Assembly (NCBI GenBank): GCA_046485075.1
Contig: JAWOHR010000063.1
Location: 1,521 to 65,520, forward strand
Length of the DNA stretch: 64,000 nucleotides
DNA from: Bacteroidales bacterium
Lineage (GTDB): Bacteria; Bacteroidota; Bacteroidia; Bacteroidales; GCA-2748055
Direction of reading: 5' to 3'
In this document: piece by piece, positions 1-6,413 of the stretch
Layout: each line of letters begins with the position of its first letter
Numbering within the stretch: position 1 is the stretch's first letter
The notes under the pieces: generated by a model
The model's input: the letters and a program-made list of their open reading frames with translations, nothing else
Told to the model about the DNA's origin: nothing
Databases searched by the model: none
Translations under genes and position numbers: made by a program

Positions 1-364
1 TCAGCTCACGGGGTTCCAACTGCTGAATTTCCGCAAGGGCAACCGTCCTGAACATGAATCCGGGGTATGATTCTTTGATCAGCTCGCGAAACCTGGCCTT
101 ATCTTTAAACAGCACTACCTGATGTGCCAGCGCTGAGCCTCCCAGGTGTTCGGCAATCCACCCAAGGGCATTTTCAGAATTTGAATAGACTGGAGTGCCG
201 GGATTCTTCTTCAGTCTCTTCACTGCCTCCTCCTCTGTTAACCAGGTAACTGATTCACCAGGGAGCAAGGCCCTGGCAGGTTCGGTTGACACGACGCAGT
301 AGTGGTTCTTTCGGATTGTGTTGCGAAGAAAATCTGAAACAAAAGGGTAATCTATCAGGATCAT
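1..364 (-). CDS. 5' portion of a CDS that runs off the window edge; hypothetical protein, possibly the N-terminus of an ATP-grasp-type enzyme
   Basis: Reverse-strand reading from the ATG at 362-364 gives MILIDYPFVSDFLRNTIRKNHYCVVSTEPARALLPGESVTWLTEEEAVKRLKKNPGTPVYSNSENALGWIAEHLGGSALAHQVVLFKDKARFRELIKESYPGFMFRTVALAEIQQLEPREL with no stop down to position 1. It is absent from the ORF track because the window edge truncates it. The family guess is from memory and is weak. Confidence 0.4.
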   Translation of the reverse strand, partial: MILIDYPFVSDFLRNTIRKNHYCVVSTEPARALLPGESVTWLTEEEAVKRLKKNPGTPVYSNSENALGWIAEHLGGSALAHQVVLFKDKARFRELIKESYPGFMFRTVALAEIQQLEPREL

Positions 365-372
365 GCAGCAAT

Positions 373-1353
373 TTAAAAAGGTGAGTACTCGTAGGGTAGC
401 CAGTCGGCGATCCGGTCCATCGACATGGTTCCGTACCACTGGATTGCCTCAGGCTCAAAAAAGCCGTCGCTGGCAAAATGGGCCATCGGACCCCTGAAGG
501 CAACAGTCGACCGAAAGTGGTTGTATATAAGTTCAAGCTCTTTGTGATAGGAAAAATATTTCTTTCCGTTTAATTCTATAACAATCTCGTGGTAGCCCAC
601 TGGCTGCATACTCCTCTCCTCCTGAACCTTGAATCCTTCCTCTGAAAGGTTATTTTCCCAGAGCGCACTGAAAAAATGTTTACAGGAACCGGTGTAAGCC
701 CTGATCCGCCTCTCTTCAAATTTCTCCCTTGCAGCCTTGTTGGTTGCCATGTCCATGTTGAAGATGATGTTTCCTGAGAAGGCGGTTGTTTTGTGTATCC
801 TGTCAAATTCAAACTTATCAAGGTAGTAGGTAATCTGGTAACCCAGTGAATTATTAAGGATTACCAGAGGTTTGCGCGCAATTGCCCTGAGGGTATCCCT
901 ATCCGAATGGTAATTGAATGTGATATCCTCTTCATTCAGGATATGGCAATCCCCTGCATTCTTAGTAAGTCCAAGAAACTCATCCTTAAAGATCCGCATG
1001 CAGCTTTTTCTTTTTTTGGTCAGTGATTTGGACTCGATGGAAACCTCAGAGATCTCATACAGGGCTCTTTTCAATATTACCTCGTAATGTTCACCCGCTT
1101 CCAGGGAGTACAGGGAGGAGGTATGGTAACCCATGGCACTTATTTGAAGAGTCCGATTGGCATAGGGCGTTACATCCAGTTCAAACGCTCCGTCCACATC
1201 GGTAGTGGTGCCCAGAAAGGTCCCGTTAAAGAATACCGATGCAAAGTCGACAGGTTCCCTGGTTTTCTGGTCGAGGACCCGTCCGCGAATCACCTGTCCG
1301 AATGTGGTAATTGTATTGAGGTGAATGAGCAGGAGCAGGAATACAATTCGCAT
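373..1353 (-). CDS. carboxypeptidase-regulatory-like (CarboxypepD_reg) domain protein, secreted
   Basis: 326 aa. It has an N-terminal signal peptide (MRIVFLLLLIHLNTITTFGQ) followed by IRGRVLDQKTREPVDFASVFFNGTFLGTTTDVDGAFELDV, a typical CarboxypepD_reg beta-sandwich start common in Bacteroidota. Confidence 0.7.
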   Translation of the reverse strand: MRIVFLLLLIHLNTITTFGQVIRGRVLDQKTREPVDFASVFFNGTFLGTTTDVDGAFELDVTPYANRTLQISAMGYHTSSLYSLEAGEHYEVILKRALYEISEVSIESKSLTKKRKSCMRIFKDEFLGLTKNAGDCHILNEEDITFNYHSDRDTLRAIARKPLVILNNSLGYQITYYLDKFEFDRIHKTTAFSGNIIFNMDMATNKAAREKFEERRIRAYTGSCKHFFSALWENNLSEEGFKVQEERSMQPVGYHEIVIELNGKKYFSYHKELELIYNHFRSTVAFRGPMAHFASDGFFEPEAIQWYGTMSMDRIADWLPYEYSPF

Positions 1354-1366
1354 CTTTTCATGGATC

Positions 1367-2107
1367 TTATTCAGCTTCTGAATTGAGCTTGAAGTGAACA
1401 GGTATGCTGATCATGACATTCACCGGTTTTCCATGGTCCGTACCTGGTTTCCACTTGGGAGACAGCGCCAACACTCTGATAACTTCCAGATCAAAATCCT
1501 CGTTCAGGCCTTCTACAATCCGGGCGTTGATTAATTGTCCTGTTTTGTCGATTACAAACTGACAAACCACTTTGCCTTCCATGTTGTTAATTAAAGTGAA
1601 TGGGGGGTATATTGCATTTTCCTCTATAAAACTCAGGAATTCCTTCAACCCCCTTTTACCGAATTTAGGAGCCTTCTGAGCCTGCTGGACAAAATCCTCG
1701 CCAATGTCTATGTCCCCAAAATTATTCATATACTGAATGGCATTGGAATAGTTCACCGATGCAACAACCTGGCCTTCACTATCGAAAAAGCTCCAAACCC
1801 GGAACGGAATGTTATTGCTATAGTACCCACTGGCATAAGGTTTTCCCGTGGGAGTATAAAAGGTATACTTCCCGGTTCTGACCAGTGGCTCAAGGGAGTT
1901 TACTTTGCCGGAAAGAAAAGTATTGTTCTTGTCCAGATCGAGAATGCTGTATTGAAAATTTGCATCCTCGCTGGCTTTAATAAAAATGGAAGATATCCCA
2001 TAAATGAATTCCGGGTATATGACCACCTCCTCTGTGCCCGATCCCTCGGTTTGAGCATGGGCAAAAAGTGGAAGAAACAACAAAATAATGAAGATCATTT
2101 TTCTCAT
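1367..2107 (-). CDS. TonB C-terminal domain protein with MORN-variant/YwqK-like repeats
   Basis: 246 aa with a signal peptide (MRKMIFIILLFLPLFAHAQ). The C-terminus GKVVCQFVIDKTGQLINARIVEGLNEDFDLEVIRVLALSPKWKPGTDHGKPVNVMISIPVHFKL matches the TonB_C pattern. The middle segment GKYTFYTPTGKPYASGYYSNNIPFRVWSFFDSEGQ is MORN-variant-like. Confidence 0.7.
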   Translation of the reverse strand: MRKMIFIILLFLPLFAHAQTEGSGTEEVVIYPEFIYGISSIFIKASEDANFQYSILDLDKNNTFLSGKVNSLEPLVRTGKYTFYTPTGKPYASGYYSNNIPFRVWSFFDSEGQVVASVNYSNAIQYMNNFGDIDIGEDFVQQAQKAPKFGKRGLKEFLSFIEENAIYPPFTLINNMEGKVVCQFVIDKTGQLINARIVEGLNEDFDLEVIRVLALSPKWKPGTDHGKPVNVMISIPVHFKLNSEAE

Positions 2108-2128
2108 TTCGTAAAACTAGCAATATTC

Positions 2129-4300
2129 TCAGCGGGTATCCATTTTAATCAGATATTCTTTTGGTGGTGTTGCCTGCATCAGATTCTCCACGAAATAATC
2201 CCAGCGCCTTCGCATGATGTATAAGCCATCCACGCCATATCCATGGCGCGCATTTGGTAGCAGGAGGAAATCAAAATCTTTGTTTGCCTTGATCAGGGCA
2301 TCGGCCACCAGGTAGGAATTGTAAGGAGGTACATTGTCATCCATCCCACCGTGAATGAGGAAGAGTTTTCCCTTCAGGTTTTTTGCGTAAACCTGGTTAG
2401 CCTGTTGCTCATAGTTGGATATGCCATCACTATCTATGGTCTCCAGTCCGATATACCTTTCTCCCCAATCGTCCTCATAATTTCTGTTGTCGTGGTTACC
2501 CGATTCAGAAATTCCAACCTTGAAGAAATCAGGATGTTTAAACATTGCTGCTGCAGTGGCAAATCCCCCTCCTGAGTGTCCCCATATCCCTACATAATCC
2601 AAATCAATAAACCTAAATTTTTCCTGCAATTGCTTTAAGCCTGAAACCTGGTCGGATAGCGTATTTTCTCCCATATTGCCATAGCAGCAATCGTGAAATG
2701 ATTTGGACCTGTTGGGATTGCAACTCCCTTCAATTTGCACCACCACAAAGCCTAATTCAGCCAGTGCCTGGTTATCTTTTCGGGCAGCCTGAAAGCTCCA
2801 TGAACCCACACTTCCTCCCTGGGGACCCGGATAAATATTCACAATCACGGGGTACATCGCATTTGTATCCAAAGTTGTGGGAGTAAACATCAGACCATAT
2901 AAATCCCACCGGTCATTGGCAGATTTTACGGTAAAGGGCGTGGGGGGCTTCCAGCCACTTGCTTCCAGCCTGGAAATATCTGTCTTTTCCAGGGTGGCTA
3001 CCAGTTTACCTTTGGTGTCCCGCACCTCATGCACAGGAGGCACATCTGCCTGAGAATATGAATCAATAAAGAATCTCCCACCGGGAGAGATTTGTACAGT
3101 GTGATCTCCTACAGAAGGTGTCAGCAATTTCAGATTCTTACCGCTGAAATCCACACGGTATAAATAGCTTAAATACGGATTGCCACGCCCTTCATGATGG
3201 CTCCCTGTGAAGTAAATTACCCGTTTTTCCTGATCAACTTTTAAGACCCTTCTTACCAGGTAGTTGCCAGAGGTAATTTGATTCTTTAGTGCTCCTGAAT
3301 TTACATCATACAAATACAAATGTCCCCAGTCGGTTCTTTCCGAATACCAGATGATTTCGTTTGTAGCGGACAGGTACTTCCAGTTGATGGCATCCTGTCC
3401 GGATTCATATTGGGTGGCCACCAATTCCTCAAAAATATCACTTACCTCGCCGGTTACGCAATGGGCCATCCGAACATTTTCCTGTTTATGGTCACGACTT
3501 GTTGAAACAAACACGAGTTGCTGACTGTCGTCGCTCCAGGCCACATCGTCAAAGCCACCCTCACAGGAAATGTCATCACATAAAGTTCCCCGTCTTGCAT
3601 CGGCATTCATTTTCAATCTGACAATCCTGGTTTCTTCGCTTAAATCAATAATAACCCTGTGAATCCGGATGATATCCTCATCGCCGGGTAATGGATATTT
3701 CCACTCCATCAGCTCAGGAGCACCTACCTTTGTCCTGACCAGGTACATACTACTTACATGTCGCTGATCCTGTTGAAATGTTGCAATTTTTTTGGAGTCT
3801 GGCGACCAGCTGAGGATGGGTTTATCACTGTGTTTCCACCCGGCATTGTCAGTAGCATAACCAAAATTCTCTATACCATCTGTAGTGATTGCTTTTTCTG
3901 AATTTGTGCTTACCTCCCGGATCCATAAATTCCAGTCGCGAATAAAAGCTGTATACCTGCCATCGGGGGATGCTACCTCATTTGGTGAATATTTAATTGC
4001 TTCCTCTGCGACAGCTACTTTTTCAAATAATTCATTTTGAGATTCTGCAACAATCTGCTCTCCGTTGACCGGATTAAATAGTTTGTATTCTACCCGGTTT
4101 TCTGTATCGGACCTGTACCAGAGCCTGCCATCGGCCAGCCATTGTGGTTGTATATCGTTATCGATCAATTTTTTGACATTGAGCATTGCTACTGCACGAT
4201 CGTAATCCGCTTCAGTAAGCAATCTCACGTTTTGTCCCCTGGTGAAATTGCCGTGGGTTAAGAATATGAATACGACAAGAGGGAGGAATTTACTTTTCAT
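2129..4300 (-). CDS. S9B family dipeptidyl-peptidase IV-like serine peptidase
   Basis: 723 aa with a signal peptide and a long propeller-like N-terminal region. The nucleophile motif is GIWGHSGGGF, and the downstream HGGMDDNV and NARHGY segments fit the Asp/His of the S9 triad. Confidence 0.85.
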   Translation of the reverse strand: MKSKFLPLVVFIFLTHGNFTRGQNVRLLTEADYDRAVAMLNVKKLIDNDIQPQWLADGRLWYRSDTENRVEYKLFNPVNGEQIVAESQNELFEKVAVAEEAIKYSPNEVASPDGRYTAFIRDWNLWIREVSTNSEKAITTDGIENFGYATDNAGWKHSDKPILSWSPDSKKIATFQQDQRHVSSMYLVRTKVGAPELMEWKYPLPGDEDIIRIHRVIIDLSEETRIVRLKMNADARRGTLCDDISCEGGFDDVAWSDDSQQLVFVSTSRDHKQENVRMAHCVTGEVSDIFEELVATQYESGQDAINWKYLSATNEIIWYSERTDWGHLYLYDVNSGALKNQITSGNYLVRRVLKVDQEKRVIYFTGSHHEGRGNPYLSYLYRVDFSGKNLKLLTPSVGDHTVQISPGGRFFIDSYSQADVPPVHEVRDTKGKLVATLEKTDISRLEASGWKPPTPFTVKSANDRWDLYGLMFTPTTLDTNAMYPVIVNIYPGPQGGSVGSWSFQAARKDNQALAELGFVVVQIEGSCNPNRSKSFHDCCYGNMGENTLSDQVSGLKQLQEKFRFIDLDYVGIWGHSGGGFATAAAMFKHPDFFKVGISESGNHDNRNYEDDWGERYIGLETIDSDGISNYEQQANQVYAKNLKGKLFLIHGGMDDNVPPYNSYLVADALIKANKDFDFLLLPNARHGYGVDGLYIMRRRWDYFVENLMQATPPKEYLIKMDTR

Positions 4301-4338
4301 AAAGAGAAATTGAGGGGTTTGTAAGCTACAAATCTATT

Positions 4339-4530
4339 TTATTTCACGGAATAAAATAGTGGCAGGTGTGACCAATTCAATGCTTCTACAGTATCTTCTT
4401 TCTCGATAAACTGGTGGATCTCGTTAACTGGTACATTTAGATATTTATCAACATTTCCTGAAGGCCATCTGATAATCAGGGTGTCGACCTGATCAGCATC
4501 CCCGAGATACGACATCCTGAGTAAATTAAA
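4339..4530 (-). pseudogene. 3' remnant of an ASPIC/UnbV (CRTAC1-family) gene
   Basis: Reverse-strand translation gives ...RMSYLGDADQVDTLIIRWPSGNVDKYLNVPVNEIHQFIEKEDTVEALNWSHLPLFYSVK*. The GxxxxVDxLxIRWPSG...E segment matches the usual C-terminal UnbV_ASPIC signature. There is no start codon and the upstream part is replaced by the 21-bp array. Confidence 0.55.
4394..4444. repeat. 51-bp direct repeat, copy A (inside the ASPIC/UnbV remnant)
   Basis: tcttctttctcgataaaCTGGTGgatctcgTTAActggtacatttagatat matches copy B at 5164-5214 with 5 mismatches in 51 positions (hand alignment). Confidence 0.85.
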
Positions 4531-4543
4531 AAGAATCGTTTGC

Positions 4544-4900
4544 GGCAGAAGGCTTGAGCGCGTCGATCATTGGCTTGAGAGGTTCGCACGATGGCTTGGG
4601 ACCATCGCATATTCAAATAAGAAGACCCAAAGATGCCATAAGTTGGTTGTCAACTGACAAAAGTTGTATGTCCATTCGCATAAGATGATCGACAGATGGC
4701 TTGAGACGGCTGTCAGATCGCATAAGTGGGTTGACTGATGGCTTGAGACGGCTGAAAGATGGCATAAGTTGACCGACAATTCACATAAGTTCACCGCAGA
4801 CAGGCTTGAGACCGGAGCAGATCGATATCGGACGGGGGCACATGAACATAAGTCGGAAGTTGATTTATATAAGTCGATCGCCGATCGATATAAGACCATC
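4544..4900. repeat. tandem array of 17 x 21 bp in exact register, with two alternating core subtypes (GGCTTGAG and CATAAG)
   Basis: I cut the region by hand into units starting at 4544, 4565, 4586 and so on to 4880. Examples are gacagatggcttgagacggct / gtcagatcgcataagtgggtt / gactgatggcttgagacggct / gaaagatggcataagttgacc. Column 1 is G in 16 of 17 units. The core at columns 10-15 is CTTGAG in 5 units (plus one CTTGGG variant) and CATAAG in 5 units. No indel breaks the 21-bp phase. Confidence 0.9.
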
Positions 4901-4967
4901 TGCGTGATAACGTACCTGGGGAAACTTTCAAATTTTCTTAACCTGGTGGAAACTTCGCAAAATATTC

Positions 4968-5144
4968 CTATTGAATTAGATGATAATCATTAATCAAAAT
5001 ATTAACTGATAAATTCAGACGAACTGCCAATTTTCTAATCATTTCAACTGTCAATCTACGTTTTCGGTTTAATATTTCCGAAACCCTGCTCTTACCTCCA
5101 ATCTCTGGAATCAGGTCCTTTTGTTTAGATAATGAATTGTACGA
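4968..5144 (-). pseudogene. truncated HigA-like / XRE-type HTH antitoxin fragment
   Basis: The reverse strand gives an open frame with no start codon: SYNSLSKQKDLIPEIGGKSRVSEILNRKRRLTVEMIRKLAVRLNLSVNILINDYHLIQ*. The IGGKSRVSEILNRKRxLTxEMIRKL segment is the helix-turn-helix of HigA/COG5499-type antitoxins. An in-frame TAA lies immediately upstream at 5145-5147. Confidence 0.55.
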
Positions 5145-5163
5145 TTATGGGTTGCCTGCAGAT

Positions 5164-5214
5164 TCTTCTTTCTCGATAAATTAGTAGATCTCGCTAGCTG
5201 GTACATTTAGATAT
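5164..5214. repeat. 51-bp direct repeat, copy B (degenerate duplicate of the ASPIC/UnbV 3' end, now carrying a stop)
   Basis: tcttctttctcgataaaTTAGTAgatctcgCTAGctggtacatttagatat. Translated like copy A it reads SRYLNVPASEIY*FIEKEE, so it is non-functional. Confidence 0.85.
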
Positions 5215-5230
5215 CTAGAGGCCGTGCTGT

Positions 5231-5554
5231 TTATTTGATTAACCTTTCAACTATTTCTTTTACTGATTGTGCAGTGTCGCAATACTCCAGAGTTTCTTTT
5301 TCATCAGGAATGTAGAAGTCATCAGGATATCTTACACTTACGCCAAAGTCTGTCAGACTTTTGAAATCTACACGGAAGGCTTCTTTGTCTATTTTCTGAC
5401 ATTCAAGAAGGAGGAAATCTAGATCATGGGTTCTTGGAAAGTCAAAGTCATGATAAGCAAGGAAAGCTTTAAGAAACTTCTCTGATGCCTGCTGTGCATG
5501 AAAACAAATACTGCTTGTATAATTTTCAGTCCCTGCATTTACCAGGCTTTTCAT
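5231..5554 (-). CDS. HEPN domain protein (toxin of an MNT-HEPN type VII TA pair); the N-terminus is probably disrupted or non-canonically initiated
   Basis: 107 aa from the first ATG. It contains FHAQQASEKFLKAFL, FPRTHDLDFLL and VSVRYPDD, typical PF05168-type HEPN segments. HEPN-like sequence (IKNWLFRANEDIAV) continues upstream of this ATG, in frame, back to the MNT stop codon. Confidence 0.75.
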   Translation of the reverse strand: MKSLVNAGTENYTSSICFHAQQASEKFLKAFLAYHDFDFPRTHDLDFLLLECQKIDKEAFRVDFKSLTDFGVSVRYPDDFYIPDEKETLEYCDTAQSVKEIVERLIK

Positions 5555-5614
5555 TACGGCAATGTCCTCATTTGCCCTGAACAGCCAATTCTTGATATTC
5601 AGATTTATCCTTGG

Positions 5615-5932
5615 TCATAGGAGAATTGCTTCATTGAGGATGTTTTTTATAATATGACCAGGAAGCTTTCTTTTTTTACTTATCTCTTTTCTGCTTTGAA
5701 TAAGGATATCTGATCTGATTCCCTCTTTAAGGAGGTCTTTTCTGATCGTTGTCTTAAGTGGCAGTTTCTGTTTTGGAGTCAGGTCCAGGGTAGTAACGAC
5801 TAGTATATCAAAGTCACTTTCAGGGGAGGCGTCTTTCCTTGCATGAGAACCGAATAATAAGACTTCTGCATCAGGCAAGTATTTGCTTGCAGTTACTTTT
5901 ATAAGTTCCAATATCTTATGGTTCGTGTACAT
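5615..5932 (-). CDS. minimal nucleotidyltransferase (MNT), antitoxin partner of HEPN
   Basis: 105 aa. LLFGSHARKDASPESDFDILVV is the GSxxRGxxxxxSDxD-type Pol-beta nucleotidyltransferase motif. The gene lies immediately upstream of the HEPN gene, with an ATGA stop/start overlap at 5615-5618. Confidence 0.85.
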   Translation of the reverse strand: MYTNHKILELIKVTASKYLPDAEVLLFGSHARKDASPESDFDILVVTTLDLTPKQKLPLKTTIRKDLLKEGIRSDILIQSRKEISKKRKLPGHIIKNILNEAILL

Positions 5933-5938
5933 CTAGTA

Positions 5939-5946
5939 CAAAGATA
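5939..5946 (-). promoter_or_regulatory. candidate Bacteroidota -7 box (TATCTTTG) for the MNT-HEPN operon
   Basis: The reverse strand reads TATCTTTGtactagATG. This matches the TAnnTTTG consensus and ends 6 nt before the MNT ATG. Confidence 0.3.
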
Positions 5947-6136
5947 TCAATTTAGTAATCAACCGGGAAATCAGGTTTTTGTCTTTTCTGTTTTCGCATT
6001 GCTCAAATCCAACCATCAGTCGGGTTGCGTTATGTAAGTTTAGCAATTTAGTTTGGCGAAGTATTCACCTGGATCAATTGGATTGAATGAAGAGGCCGGG
6101 GGAAGGGTGATAAAGTTACACCTATGTTACACCCGC

Positions 6137-6178
6137 TAAAAAGAAAAACGCCCTATATGCTTGTGATATAAGGCGTTT
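6137..6178 (-). terminator. Rho-independent terminator downstream of tRNA-Arg
   Basis: The minus strand reads AAACGCCTTATAT-cacaagc-ATATAGGGCGTTT followed by TTCTTTTT. The stem is 13 bp with one mismatch, followed by a T-rich tail. Confidence 0.65.
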
Positions 6179-6192
6179 AATACTATCTTTTG

Positions 6193-6264
6193 TAGCTCCA
6201 ACAGGACTCGAACCTGTATCTACGGTTTAGGAAACCGCTATTCTATCCCTTGAACTATGGAGCC
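6193..6264 (-). tRNA. tRNA-Arg (anticodon CCT)
   Basis: Hand-folded cloverleaf: acceptor GGCTCCA/TGGAGCT, D stem GTTC/GAAT, anticodon stem GCGGT/ACCGT with loop TTCCTAA, T arm ACAGG-TTCGAGT-CCTGT. No CCA is encoded. Confidence 0.85.
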
Positions 6265-6413
6265 AATTTTGAGGGGACAAATTTAGTGTAATTCTGATTC
6301 ACCGCCAAATATCTGTTTCCTGAGAGATTGAAGCAGGTTACCATTTAATAAAAATCCATGCTAACTTAGTATTATTGGAAATCAATTTTAATCAAAGGGA
6401 ACGATTTATAGAT

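Noticed and set aside
4733-4738. TGA recoding (code 4 or 25) as a way to keep the plus-frame heptad ORF open.
   Set aside because: TGA clearly terminates well-supported genes in this window, including MNT, the USP gene and the O-antigen-ligase-like gene. The genome therefore uses the standard code.
4544-4900. The 21-bp array as a possible CRISPR array.
   Set aside because: The units are contiguous with no spacers, they are too divergent from each other, and there are no cas genes or leader.
4567-4993. A 110-aa minus-strand ORF (4567-4899) and a 74-aa plus-strand ORF (4769-4993, TTG start) run through the 21-bp array.
   Set aside because: Both frames are open because the tandem unit lacks stop codons. 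Neither has a recognisable start context or a homolog I know. The plus frame is interrupted by TGA twice further upstream. I treat them as by-products of the repeat, while noting the decayed-heptad-gene alternative in the findings.
5933-6192. A search for an integrase, an att copy of the tRNA-Arg 3' end, or another recombinase next to the tRNA.
   Set aside because: I found no ORF with tyrosine or serine recombinase features and no second copy of the tRNA 3' segment by eye. Only the GTTACACC dyad and the tRNA terminator are present.
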